From: Octopus vulgaris
Lineage: Eukaryota
Assembly (NCBI GenBank): GCA_951406725.2
Contig: OX597814.1
Coordinates: 181,598,001-181,662,000, forward strand
Length of the DNA: 64,000 nt
Reading direction: 5' to 3'
The position numbers and the translations under genes are program-made. Under the pieces are notes generated by a model that ran no database searches, had not been told where the DNA came from, and was given only the letters and a program-made list of their open reading frames with translations. Of this stretch, positions 36,748 to 51,900 are shown piece after piece; the first letter of the stretch is position 1, and each line of letters opens with the position of its first letter.

Positions 36748-39134
36748 GTGTGTGTATGCATGTATAAATAAATAAATACAAACCTCAGGAAGTTCACTCT
36801 TTGAATGTAGTGACTCAGAAGAGACTTCTACTTGTTCATCAACATTTATAACATAGTTGGCTGCAACATCATCCTGAAATAACAAAATCACAATGATTTA
36901 GTCATATAAAGAGGAGGGCTTGAATTGATAAATGCATTTAAGATTTATGGTTATGTGAGTGAGTGTGGGTGTATAGTGTGGAGGATGTAATTTGATGAAT
37001 GTAATGTATATATATATATGCATGCTATGCATATGTTGTGTGGTGCATGTTATGTGGTACATGTATGCAGGTCATGTATGTGTGTAATGTATGTATGTAA
37101 TGTACGTCGTGCGTGTATGTCGCGTAATGCATGTCATGTATGTTGTGTAATGCATGTTGTGTATGTCATGTATGTAATGTATGCTGTGTATGTAATGTAT
37201 GCAATGTATGCTGTGTATGTAATGTATGCTGTGTATGTAATGTATGCTGTGTATGTCATGTATGTTATGTATGCAATGTATGTTATGTATGCAATGTATG
37301 TTATGTATGCAATGTATGTTATGTATGCAATGTATGCAATGTATGTTATGTATGTAATGTATGCTGTGTATGCAATGTATGAAATGTATGTTATCTATGT
37401 TATATACGTATGTAATATGTGTGTGTGCATGAATGCATGCTCCCCTCCCCCTTCTCTTGACATCTCACAATGGTTGTAAACAAATATCACCATCATGTAA
37501 GTGATATCATTCATTTCCAGTCTTATCTGAAAAACATGTCCAACCATGGATAAATATTACCTTGCTTGCAAACAGGCAAGGGATGGCAACAAGAAGGGCA
37601 TCCAGGTGTAGAAAATTCAAATTCCATCTGACTCATACAAGCATGAAAATATAGATGTTAAAATGATGATCACAATCATGATTGTAATTGCATTTATCTG
37701 TGTGTGTGTGTGTGTGTGTCTCTCTCTCTCATTAGAAACTCAAAGCCATTGATGTTTACAAATTACAGCATGAAATATAACATATATAGACCAAATTACT
37801 ATCAATTAATATGAAAATATATACAGATAATTTCCAAAATTTAATTACATACATCACAGTTCACGAGACCGCGTTGTGAAGAGGCACTTGGTAGTTGACT
37901 TCTCTGGAATAAAATTAAAAAGAAAAATTATATTTGCAGAAATCCAAAAGTATTTCAGATATTAAAAAAATACACCACTGCTCATCTTAGTTATTTAATA
38001 TTTTTTATCAATGTTTCTCACTATTAAGCTCATTTTTAGAGATGAGGCATGGCTGTGTGATTAACAAGTTCACTTCACAACCATGTGGTCTAGGGTTCAA
38101 TCTCACTGTATGGCATCTTGGACATCTTCAATAATAGCCTCAAGCCAACCAAGGTTTTGTGAGTGTAACTGGTAGATAGAAACTGTGTGGAAACCTGTCA
38201 TGGTCGTGTGTGTACATATATGTCTCATTCTTTCTACTTAACATCTGTTTCTCCATGCTAAACTGAGGCCGAATTTTTATACAGAAAATGTCCTTTGAAG
38301 CTGCAGCTCAGTATAGTCATAAACATGCTCATCTAGGTTTTTAACACCACTTGAAAATGAAAAAAAGCAGTCTGTGTGTGAACGTCTCATAACAGCCATG
38401 TAATAATATAAATCTCTAAAACAGATACCAGACTTGAGGTAAGTACTGACATCAATATGAAGAATTAAAACCCTTCACATTAATGCCCCAATGTAGCTAC
38501 AGTTTAATGACTGAAACAAAAGAACAAAATAAAAGTAGAGGAGGTTAAGAGCCAAAAAAATTATAGTCTTATAAATAATCTTAATAACTAATAGTTATTA
38601 ATCTTCATAATTATTATCATCTAAATATTCCAGTTTGTCAATTTATTTTACCCATTTTCCTTTATGAAAAAGCATAGATGGGTTTATTGTACATCATACA
38701 TTTTGAGAGCATTAGCATCATTGGTTATAGATATCCAACAAGCCGATCTCTGGTTCACTGCAAATATGACGGCAAGAGCGACAAAAAAACTGCGTGTTAC
38801 ATGAATGGAATGGTACTGCACAGTGGAGTTGAAACTGGAAGTATGTGGTTGCGAAGCAAACTTCTTCACAACACAGTCATGCCTATGACCATATGGATTG
38901 GCAGATTACTATTTTCTCTTTCTCTTTTACTTGTTTCAGCCATTTGACTATGGCCATGTTGGAGCACCGCCTTTAGTCGAGCAAATCGACCCCAGGACTT
39001 ATTCTTTGTAAGCCTAGTACTTATTCTATCGGTCTCTTTTGCCGAACCGCTAAGTTACGGGGATGTAAACACACCAGCATCGGTTGTCAAGCAATGTTGG
39101 GGGGACAAACACAGACACACAAACATATACAGAC

Positions 39135-39165
<31 letters not shown>

Positions 39166-42100
39166 CAACGGGCTTCTTTCAGTTTCCATCTACCAAATTC
39201 ACTCACAAGGCTTTGGTCGGCCCAAGGCTATAGTAGAAGACACTTGCCCAAGGTGCCATGCAGTGGGACTGAACCCGGAACCATGTGGTTCGTAAGCAAG
39301 CTACTTACCACACATCCACTCCTACACCTACGTTATGTTCATTGTGAAGACACTAAGTTCTCAATGGCAGAGATCATCTAGAAATACCACAGTGATATAA
39401 TTCACCAACTGTAAGCATCATCAATATTGCAGAATTGAAGATTGTTTTATAGGTTTGCAGTACTGTATCAAAGTGTATCAGCTATTGTGTCTGTTGCATG
39501 TGTCTTATCAATAGTGCTACATCGTATACACAGCTAAAACACTTAACTTTTACTGGTTCAGTCAAGTGACTTATAAATAAATACTATGAGAGGGTGAAGT
39601 TCACCATTGTAATTGATAAGTGCTTTCTTATCATGATGTACTAAATTCAAGTTCTTTTGTAGTTTGGAGATGATGAGGATCTGCCATGTTGACATCATTC
39701 TTACATGCAAAAAGAGTCTTTGAGCAGAGTCTCTTCATCACCACCACTACACAACCAACTGATTTCAAACAAAAATAATTTTATACTAAGGATATTCTTT
39801 AAAGCATACCTTCACTGCAGCTTGATGTCTAAACCATAATATAAATGGCTTTATCAATAACATCCATGGAACACATATGAATGCAAGTATCACCAAAATG
39901 GTCTGTATATTTGTCTAAAATGAAATAGAAAAATAGAATAACATGTAAATAATCGGTAATATGAACAATAAAACAATGATGAAACTGTACATAAAATTGC
40001 TTCATATAAAAAAAAAATTAATCTATAGAAATATGCATGTATATACATATACAGACTTGTGTGTGCTGACATGCACATACCCAAACTGAATAACACGTAG
40101 TCACATTCAACTTCTGATAACTTTTCCTCATTACACAAAACCTAGATTTTTAAAAAATGGATTTTCTAATTTTGATTTTCTTTTTAAATTACTGTATTTA
40201 TGTCATGCTCTTTTGTGAGAAACTTCAATTTTCAGAAAAATCAAAAAAATCGAAAGTGCAATTAATGACATGAGGTTACAAAAACTTGTGCAGAAAATTT
40301 TGCTATCACAACCAGCAACTATTAAAAATGACACATTGTATATGTAAGCACAGCCATTATACAATATATTACTTTATTTTACATTGAATATGAACCAAGC
40401 CATGGAAAGTAATTCTAGGTTTGGTCATTTAAGCTTGCTGACTGGCAGGAAAACATGTTGGGAAGGTGTGGGTGAGTAGTAGACAATGAGGAGTTAAAGA
40501 TAATTGGCAGAAATGATGGTGGGAGAGGGTCGATAACAAAATTTGAAAGAAAAAAGTAGAAAGAGAAAGAGATAAGCTCAGAAGAAGAAAGAAAGAAAAT
40601 GGATGATAATGATATATAGAAAATGTTTGTTACAAGCATGTTGACTATAAGTAACAGCTAAATCTCACTCAAATTACACTCTTCTATCTTAAAAATGGAA
40701 TGACACATTACTCTTTTACGTGTTTCAGTCATTTGACTGTGGCCATGCTGGAGCACTGCCTTTTGTCAAGCAAATCGACCCCGGGACTTATTCTTTGTAA
40801 GCCTAGTACTTATTCTAACGGTCTCTTTTGCTGAACCGTTAAGTTACAGGGACATAAACACACCAGCATCGGTTGTCAAGCGATATTGGGGAAACAAACA
40901 CAGACACACAAACACACATATATATATATATCTATATATTATATATATATATATATATATACAACGGGCTTCTTTCAGTTTCCATCTACCAAATCCACTC
41001 ACTAGGCATTGGTCGGCCCAAGGCTATAGTAGAAGACACTTGCCCAAAGTGCCACTCAGTGGGACTGAACCCGGAACCATGTGGTTGGTAAGCAAGCTAC
41101 TAACCACACAGCCACTTCTGCGCCATTAGATAATATAATCCTAGATATATTATTCTTGATACAATGACAAGATGGTCTACAGTTGGAATATTCTCAATTA
41201 TAAGTCTGCTTAATCAGAGCTAACCTAGAGCTAAACAATGACTAGGCTGACATTGCATAGCCAAGAACTTTTCAAAATGCTTACATAACACTAAATAAAT
41301 ATGGCTGGGTGTACAATCCACCCTACTGTACCTATAAAATCAAAAAGTGATTCCTTGATTTACAATTCAAAGTTCAATTCCTCCCACTTGCAAATCTACC
41401 CAAAAGCAATTTTTGTTTTATTTACTTCACAAAAAAAAAAGAAAAAGGAAATAAGAAGCAGTCCAGTGGAACAGAGACATGCATGAAAGGACAGACAAGT
41501 TCTATATGATATACACTTACTTGATGGTTATATAATTCACTGGATTTGGATTCAAATAGAAACATACTGATGAGCTCTGAAAACAAAAAAATTTCAAAAT
41601 CAAGATTGTCCTTTTACATTCTCTTTCCACACACACACACACACACACACACACATTTTCTTCCTAATTATAGAAATTGCATCTGTCTAACACCCGTGGA
41701 CATGTTTACAAAGTCAGAAAACAGCACAGCTCCCATGACTTTCGGAAACATTTTTTCACGCTAAGAGTTGCTGAAGCATGGAACAAACTGCTGGCATCAA
41801 TTGTTAGTTGTCAGAGTACTGCATCCTTCAAAACTTCCATGCTTCCTGAGATTCGCCAACACTGCACCTGATTTTCTCCCCTCCATACACTCGCAAGCAT
41901 GTATCTGACTCATACACTGTTCACTTTCCAGACATTTGTACATTACTGCATATGCTTTATATGCACTTTTGACAAGTTGTGGTGCACCTGAGCACTGTAT
42001 ACAATAATTTCATTATTATTATATTATATTATTATTACTGGTGTTTATTTTATATTATTATTACTGGTGTTTATTTTATATAGTTCATTTACTCTGTGAA

Positions 42101-45100
42101 AAGTTAAGTACCCATATCAATCAGGTTCCTTCTTTACTTGCACCTGTCTGTGAGTCTTAACACTAAAAGTCAATTTTAAACTTTTGTTCATTTCCTTCTC
42201 AAACAGTTTATATCATCTGTTAACATTTTCACCTGTAATAATTGCAACACTAGAAAATACTCAAATCATTTTCATGACACACTTCAGTAAGTAAGACCTT
42301 GAAAATAAATAGCAAAACAAAAGTAAATTCAAGGACTGTAATATATCAAACATGTCATCTATTTAGAATGGAAGAAAACTGAATCCCTAGGCAAAGATTT
42401 TGTAAGTTAAGCTAGATTATACAAATAGTAACCAAAGGAAATATTTTAAAACAATCACTGAAATGAGCTTTGCTAATTAAGTATATAATTTACCATCAGT
42501 CATTTGTTTCATGTCCATTTTCCCATGCAGGTATGAATTAGATGGATTACTTATTTGAGACAGTATTTTATAGTCAGGTGGCCTTCCTGTCACCAGTTAA
42601 CAGTTTTTCAAGTGAGGGATATTTTATGCTACTGGCATTCAAAAGCACTGAACTACAGGGAATGTAAATATGATAAAACTTTTTTTGCTCAACTGATTGT
42701 TGGGTCTTCGCAGTGACAGCATATCTCCAGAGATCTTGGCAATGACGAAAGACCAAGATCTCTGGAGATATGCTGTGACTGCGAAGACCCAACAAATAAC
42801 ATGAGTTCATGGCTGATTCCTGCACCAGCTTCACATAGCAGCCCCAGCCCATCCAAAGTACCTTAGATCGCAGGACAACCTGCTGTGCTTACCTTGGATT
42901 GTAGGGCAACCTGCTATGCTTGAGGAGACCCATTGAGTCAAGTACATCAACATCAAAATAAAAACCAAATGGAAATTGTAGTTGCAATACCTGTGCTGGT
43001 GGCACGTAAAAAGCATCATTCAAACGTGGCCGATGCCAGCACCACTTTGACTGGGTCTGTGCCGGTGTCACATAAAAAGCACCAACCGATCATGGCCGTT
43101 GCCAGCCTCCCCTGGCACCTGTGCCAGTGGCACGTAAAAATCACCCACTACACTCACAGTGTGGTTGGTGTTAGGAAGGGCATCCAGCTGTAGAAACACT
43201 GCCCAATCAGACTGGAGCCTGGTGCAGCCTCCTGGCTTCCCAGAGCCTGGTCGAACCATCCAACCCATGCTAGCATGGAAAATGGACGTTAAACGATGAT
43301 GATGATAATGATCTCATGCAAAAATGCAAAATGTTGACATTCATGTAGACACGCAAACAGGCTTCCGTTTATCAATTTCACTCAAAAGATATTGGTCAAT
43401 CTAAAGCTATAATAGAAAATATTTGTCTGAAATGACAAGCAGTAAGCTTGAACCCAAACCCACATGGTTACAAAGTAAACATAAAATCGAAATAGGTTTC
43501 ATTAGAAAATCCATCAGTTCGGTTGCTGATCATCTACAAACATCAAATTGACTTTATTAGAGTACTACTGACATCTGGGATAGTACTGCTGCTATTTATA
43601 TACAGTCAAGTGTCAAAGACTCACTCACTAATACCCTACAATTACTAGCTCACAGATGTGCTGTTCTCTTGTCATACTTACTATGTTTCATTATCCCTCC
43701 GTCAAATTCTGCACTACTTTTACCATTCATGTCACAAGAATTTCCCCTCTGCCAAGGCTTTTCTACAAACTTTCACCAACAGAAGTTCAAACTGAACACA
43801 AACTACATCCATCTCATCAGTTTGTGAAGGGTTATTAAAGTCATACGTGCTACTCTTCCTACTAATCAAGAATTTTATTTTCTTAAACAAGAAAACTACT
43901 TACGGAGAAGCAATGATTGAGCTTGTGCTAAATTTTGAACACTAAAGGCAATCCATTTGTAAAAAATCAATATATCAAGGTAGCCAAAAATAGAGAGGAG
44001 GAAAATGACTTGTGGAATAAATTCACAAAATATGTTCATTGGTCTTGCAAAATATCTGAAAGAAAAAAAAAATGATTTAATCTTAATTCTCATCTATTCA
44101 AACTAGATTGGAAGCTACTTATTATGATCAGGGAAAATGTTAATAAACGCTTATTATTACCAAGATTTAACTCCTATTTCTAACAAATCAGGTGACCCAT
44201 GTTGAGGTTCTCTTATTGGCAACCCTGGCAGAATTAAAATTTAATTTATTCATTCCAAAGAAATTCAACCTGGACTAAGATAAACATAAGATAAGAATCC
44301 AAGTTGCAGAAAAAAGCTTTTTGTAGAAAAGTAACATGATCTGAAGATCAATAAAGCTACTTTAATTAGCAATGCTTGATTTTAGTAAAGCAAACCCTTA
44401 ATTACTGGTTTAAATATATCCCTTGACAACATGATTTATCACCATCGCTGTACAAAGCAGTTCATAGTGACAAGCTAGGGACCACAATTTCTAATCACTG
44501 GGTAAACAGAATATTATTGTAGTCATGGCAGGCCACACAGAAAATGGCTTAGATGTGAATTAATAAGACTATTATATATAGTTTATGACATCAATAAGAA
44601 AAAAAAAAATTTTTTATGCAAATAGTTTAAATTATTTGCTCTGTCACTTACAGATTATTTATCAAACTGAGGAAAACACCAAACAGCATGTGAACAACAG
44701 CAATTACCACAGACATCTTCATTTTGTATGAATTTGTAAATGACAGTTTGTTTTTAGTCATTTGCCAAATCTGAAAAACAGAACATTAACATCATCATCA
44801 TCATAATAATAATAATAATAATAATAATAATTTCTACTAAAGGCACAAGGCCCGATATTTTGGGGGAGAGAATTAGTCGATTACATCGACCCCAGTATTT
44901 CACTGGTACTTAATTTATCAACCTCGAAAGGATGAAAGGCAAAGCCAATCTCTCATCCTTTCGGGGTCAATAAATTAAGTACCAATGAAACACTGGGAGG
45001 TGGGGGTCGATGTAATTGACTAGTCCCCTTCCCAAAAATAATAATGATGATTTCAAATTTTGGCAAAAGGCCAGCGATTTTAGGGGAGGAAGTAAGTTGA

Positions 45101-48100
45101 TTACATGGACCCTAGGGTTCAATGGGTACTTATTTTATCAACTCTGACAGGATGAAAGGCAAAGTCAATCCCAATGGTATTTGAACTCTGAATGTAAAGC
45201 CAGAAGAAATGCTGCTAAGCATTGAGTCCAATGCACTAACAGTTCTGCCAGTTTGAGCCTTAATAATAATCCTTTCTATTATAGGCACAAGGCCTAAAAT
45301 TTGTGGGGTGGGTTTAGTCAATTACATCGACTCCAGTGTTTCACTGGTACTTAATTTATTGACCCCGAAAGGATGAAAGGCAAAGTCAACCTAGCCAGAA
45401 TTTGAACTCAAAACATAAAGACAGATGAAATGTTGCTAAGCAATTTGCCCAGCATGATAATGATTTTGCTAGCACACTACCTTAAATAATAAGCTTGTTG
45501 TATACAGTGCTCAGGTGTACTATTTATCAGGAAAAAAATTAAAGAGGCAACAGAATATTGCTATAAATCAAGTAAAGATAGTGAGATAGAGATGATAGCC
45601 AAAATACACAGGATAAAAACAAAAAGACTGAAAAGTGAAGAGCAAGTGAGCCATAAAGAGGAAAGTGTCCATAGGCACATCAGAAGTAATGTTGGTAAAT
45701 TTCAGGAAGCATGGAATTCTTCAAGAATGTAGTATCTTGACAGCTATCAACTAATGTGGGTAGCTTATTCCATGCCTCAGTAATTCTGAATGCAATGAAA
45801 TTTTTCTGAAAAATAATGAGCGTTATACTGTTTTTGCTTTAATATGCATGTCCACAAGTGGTAGAGGTGCCCATGTTGCTGTTGGAAAGATGGTGTATAA
45901 TCTTATGGGCTTCTACCAAGTCAGCTGTTAGATGTCAAAACTTTGGTACATTGATGACCAGAGAAGCAATATGTTCAGAATATGGTAACTGACAGAAGGT
46001 ATTCACCTGGTTACATGTTTCTCAACTGCTTCCAGTAGATTGATATTCTGGATAAGATGGAATTCCAGACTGGAAATGCAAACTAAGTGTGAAACTGCTG
46101 CAATCTTCTATGTTGCACTTTAGGGGTTTCGAACACATTTATATGGTACTGATGCATCGCATGCAACCTAGATTGAATTAAGGATGTGCTGAAGGATGGT
46201 ATTGATCATCATCATCATCATTGTTTAACGTCCGTTTTCCATGCTAGCATGGGTTGGACGGTTCAACTGGGGTCTGGGAAGCCAGAAGGCTGTGCCAGGC
46301 CCAGTCTGATCTGGCAGTGTTTCTACAGCTGGATGCCCTTCCTAACGCCAACCACTCCGTGAGTGTAGTGGGTGCTTTTTACGTGCCACCTGCACAGGTG
46401 CCAGACGAGGCTGGCAAACGGCCACGATCGGATGGTGCTTTTTACGTTTTTACGTGCCACCGGCACGGGGGCTAGACGAGGCTGGCAACGGCCACATCTA
46501 CAGAATTAAAAAACAGCACACCAATTTGGGCAGTTACAATAGGACTTCGACTCTGCTTTGTTCCAGGCAAAATGGTTAATTCAAAGGTAGTGATGGCTTT
46601 TCTTTCTACCCATAAGAAATAGAAAAGTAATGATCATAGCATGATCAGAGTTACCATATGGTTCCCTAATAGTGATGCTGGTAAGTTTCAGAAGCAGTGG
46701 TGAATACAGCTCCAACATGTTGTAATCCCTTGTCAAGGGGTTGACTACTTGGGACTAGTTTGAATTAAAGAAAGGGAAAATCATTTGCACTTTCCTACTA
46801 GTGACAAATTTCCCAATCTTTGGGGAATTGAAATCACCAGTTACAAAAACATAGATAGCTGTTTTTGTAGATGCAGCTGTGATGATATCAAAAAACAGTG
46901 TATGTTGTTTGTAGTTCAGTGGGGTGATAAACAACTGTGAGTAAAAGTGTTGGCACGCTTATACAAATGTCATGGAAAAATACCTCTGCTATGACTGGTT
47001 CAAGTTATTGCAAGGAAAATCTGTGGAGCTTAAATGGACATGGACCATTACACTACCCTATTCCATGGGAATTAGTATGCTTTTTGCAAAACAAATTGAA
47101 GCTAGTTATACCAAAACTACCTTTTAGAATAATGTTCCCATATTTCTGTGACTGTTTCTGTCCCCCGACAAATGAAGTGAGTCCCTGACAAATGAAGTGA
47201 GTTCATGGCTCCTGACAAAGTGAGTTCATGGCTTGTAGGACAGCCTACTATGCTAACCTTGGATTGTAGGGTGACCTGCTGTGCTTGAGGAGACCTATTG
47301 AGTGAAGTACATCAACATCAAAATAAAAATCAAATGGAAATTGTAAAGATACCCATGCTGGTGGCACGTAAAAAGCACCCACTACATTCACGGAGTCTCT
47401 TCTTTCTTGAGACAGCATTCACCCGGGGTGGGTTGAGCTGGCTTCATTCATCCTCAATGCTGAGTAGTTGGAGTTAGGAAGGGAATCCAGCTGTAGAAAC
47501 AGTGCCAGATCAAACTGGAGCCTGACACAGCCTCCTGGCTTCCCAGACCCCGATCAAACTGTCCAACCAATGCTAGCATGGAAAATGGATGTTAAACGAT
47601 GATGATCAGTTAAGACAGCAACACTTTTTTTTTTACATTGATTTTAAATGTATTTGACCATGAAAATTTAGATAGTTACCTCAAACTGACAACAACTGTT
47701 CTTTGAGAAAAGGATTTATCTTAGTTACACTTCCTCTTTTCAAATACTCTAATCAACAAGAGGAACTGATAGCCATTTCATAACAATGTAGTTAGAATGA
47801 AATACAGTGAAATATATTTATATTTTAAAAAATCACAATGCAACTTGTAAATTCATGAAATATAAATCACAAGACCAAAATTCTAACAACACTGATATTG
47901 CGTCTCATGATATTGCACCTTGTCATCATCATCATCATCATCATTTAGCGTCCGTTCTCCATGCTAGCATGGGTTGGACGGTTCAACTGGGGTCTGTGAA
48001 GCTGGAAGGCTTCATCAGGCCCAGTCAGATCTGGCAGTGTTTCTACGGCTGGATGCCCTTCCTAACGCCAACCACTCTGTGAGTGTAGTGGGTGCTTTTT

Positions 48101-48909
48101 ACGTGCCACCCGCACAGGTGCCAGACAGAGCTGGCAAATGGCCACGAACGGATGGTGCTTTTACGTGTCACCGGCACGGGGGCCAGACAGAGCTGGCAAA
48201 CGGCCATGAACGGATGGTGCTTTTACATGTCACTGGCACGTGATATTGCAAAATAACTATAGCAACCATAGTTAAGTTTACATTATAAAATACAAACATA
48301 GGGTTTACAAATTCAGAGAAAATACAGTATAAAAATATTGGAATTATAATTAAGAGCTTCCATCAATCTTTTTTTTTTTTTTAAATCAGACTAGCTTCAT
48401 AAAATTCAAAAGATAACAGAAAAATAACAAAAATGTCAGAAATAGAAAGAAATAACTCACAGGATCTAAACCAAATGGATAAGGCTGTCCTGTAGCAAAT
48501 GTTTGATTTGGATCAAACTGGAGTAGAGTGTTGTCTCTCAGTGTTGAATTACTACATATAAAGAAAAAGAAAAACATTACCAGTGGTTTAACCCTTTAGC
48601 ATTTAAACCGGCCATATCCGGCCAAAAGCATTCTGCCTGTTTTATGGTCAAACTGGCCAGATCTGGTCTCTTACACCAACCCTACAATATTGTTTTAAAA
48701 ATTAACAGCTACCTCATTAAAATCTCAGAGCTACAAGATAATGCAGGATTAATTCAAAACAAAGTGGATGAAGAAGCATTCATTTTGGCAGAATAATGCG
48801 AACACTAAAGGGTTAAACATATAGAGTTTGGACTCATTGAATTTCGTTAAAAGGTATATTATATCTTTAACAATATACAGTGACACCCCATTCTTCAAAA
48901 TACTGTTTT

Positions 48910-48944
<35 letters not shown>

Positions 48945-51900
48945 CAGAGGATCTGCAAAGGTTACAAAGAAACAAAGTGAACATTCACTGCTGGATGCGT
49001 AATACATGAATGACAAAGCACAAATGAGCCGAGAGAAAAAGTTGAACATAAAGCAAGCATAAGTGTGACTGTGTGGTAAGAAGCTTGCTTTCCAACAACA
49101 TGGTTCCAAGTTCAGTCCTACTGTGTAGCACCTTGGGCAAGTGTCTACTATAGACTCAGGTCAACCGAAGCCTTGTTAGTGGATTTTGTTGGTGGAAACT
49201 GAAAGAATCCTGTCCATCCAACCACCACTTGACAACTAGTGCTGGTCTGTTTACGTACCTGTAACTTAGCAGTTCAGCAAAAGAGACTGGTAGAATAAGT
49301 ACCAGGCTTAAAAAAATAAGTACTGGGGTTGATTCATTTGACTAGAAAATTATCTTGGGCAGTGCCCCAACATGGCCGCAGTCTAATGACTGGAACAAGA
49401 TAACATTGAAGTGTAGCGTATAAGAGAGAAGACTGCATTATATGGGCATGTGATGTTGGATCCTGTCGAATCTGTTTGACCCATACGAAGCATGGAAAGC
49501 ATATATGAAGGGGAAGATAACAGCATTCACTTACAGGAAATAAACCAATAGCAAGGAGTAAGATAAATCTAATAGAGACTGATGTATTTGAATGACATAT
49601 AGAAAAAAATTCTTCACAAACACATTGTTCAAGTTCAGTCCCACTGCATGGCACAATGCACAAATGTCTTCTGTGATAGCCCCAGGTTGATCAAAGCCTT
49701 GTGAGTGGATTTGGTTGACGGAAACTTAAATAAACCTATTTCGTTTTTGGAAAATGACTCTCCCCAGAAACAATTTGAAAATGACTCTCTCGTTTTGAAA
49801 ATGACTCTCCCCAGACACAATTAAATAAACCTGTTATATGAATGTATGTGCATGTATTGGGTTGTCCAGAAAGTTCATGCCAGTTTTTAAAGGAAAGAAA
49901 AAAATTAATAAATACTTGCCATTACATTTTTAATCAACCAAATATGAACCATTTTGTTGCACAATGCATCTCCATCTTTCCTTTAACTTGAAAATACTCC
50001 CTTCCCAGAATTGAGAAGGTTTCATGGCAAAGAATTCATCAAGGTATCTTTTTACGTCATCCAAGGAATTGAAATTTATACCATTAAGACTATTCTGCAG
50101 TGACCTGAATAAGTGGAAATCCGAAGGAGCAATATCTGGTGAATATGGAGGGTGGGGTAACACATCCCAGCCGAGCTGCAACAATTTTTGTCTGGTTCCC
50201 AAAGCATCAAGTGCCAAAAATGAACTTTCTTATCTTCCATTTTAAAGGGTTACAGAATTAACACAGGTTATAGGAACATAAATCTTCTTCCATGAAAAGA
50301 TAGCTTAAACTGTGCTCTAAATGGAGGTGTAGTCAACTCCTATTCTATGGACTCAACCATTTTTCTAAAATAAGTCGAAAGGTAAGCTACTATAAATTGG
50401 CATGAACTTTCCAGACAACCCAATATGTTTGTGCCTCCTTGTCTTGACCTCATGTGATAGTTGTATATGATTGTCACTGTCAGACAAGCAGTGTCATTCA
50501 TTTCCAATATACTGCAAGACTATATCTGTCCATGGGGAAATATTACCTTGCTTAGAAACAAGTGAGGGTCGGCAACAGGGAGATCTGCCTCAATAAACTC
50601 TGTCCAACCCATGTAAGCTTGAAAAAGTGGATGCTAAAATGATGATGTTGATAAATCCAAGAGAAAACTCACCTATATGAAGAATGCCAAGATGTACCAA
50701 ATATATTGAAAGATTTAGAATAGCAATCATTATAGATTAGTCCAGTGTACATAGCAAACAATCCCATCAACATTATAATGTAACGACCTCCAAAGAAGGT
50801 GTTGAATATCTGAAAGAAAGAAAAAAAACAAATATAAACAAAATAAAAGTTATAGTTTGGCATTTAAATTAGCAAATGTCAAAGTCAGTCTCAAAGGATT
50901 ATTGAAATGATAACGTTTGCTTTTCTCATGACCAATTTTACCAAAGACATTCAAAAGTAGAAAGTCAAAAATAATCTTCTTTTCCACTATTGAAAAGTTA
51001 GATGAAAAAACTTTACAGAGAAGCTTTAATCATTGTGTTATTGTATGATAAATATATCCCATAATAAAAATTAATATTTTGACAATCAATATTGGGAAGT
51101 AGCAAGGCAGAAAGCTGGCAGAATTGTTAGCACACCAGCAAAATGCTTACTCTTATACTTGTTTCAGTCATTTGACTGCAGCCATGCTGGAGCACTGCCT
51201 TTAGTCGAGCAAATCGATCCCAGGACTTATTTTTTGTAAGCCTAATACTTATTCTATCAGTCACTTTTGCCGAACTGCTAAGTTACAGGGACATAAACAC
51301 ACCAGCATCAGTTGTCAAGCGATGTTGGGGGGACAAACACACACACACACACACACATACATATATATATACATATATACGACGGGCTTCTTTCAGTTTC
51401 CGCCTACCAAATCCACTCACAAGGCTTTGGTCAGCCCGAGGCTATAGTAGAAGACACTTGCCCAAGGTGCCATGCAGTGGGACTGAACCCAGAACTATGT
51501 GGTTGGTAAGCAAGCTAATAACCACACAGCCACTCCTGTGCCTTAGCAGCATTTCATCCATCTTTATGTGCTGAGTTCAAATTCCGTCAGGATTGACTTT
51601 GCCGTTCATCCTTTCAGGATTAATAAAATAAGTACCAGTTGAGCACTGGGGTCAATGTAATCGACTAGCCTCCTACCACCAAAATTCAGGTTTTGTGCCT
51701 TTAGCAGAAAGGAATATTAGGGAGTAGTGAGATCACTGGAAGTTTTAAAATCTTGAATTTTTCATTAAAAGCCAGAACAGAACAAGGTATTTAATGTTAG
51801 TTTAATAATAAATATTAGTTTCCAATTTTGGCACAAGGCCAGTAATTTCAGGGAGGGAGTAAGTCAATTACATTAACCCCAGTACTCAAATGGTAATTAT

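Noticed and set aside
37018-37479. Cys-rich, metallothionein-like ORF (CNVCCV repeats)
   Set aside because: Product of a stop-free 9-bp minisatellite, antisense within an intron, with no gene structure.
38680-38800. Possible extra V-ATPase exon after a tttgcag acceptor on the minus strand
   Set aside because: Phase 0 begins with TGA and there is no convincing donor.
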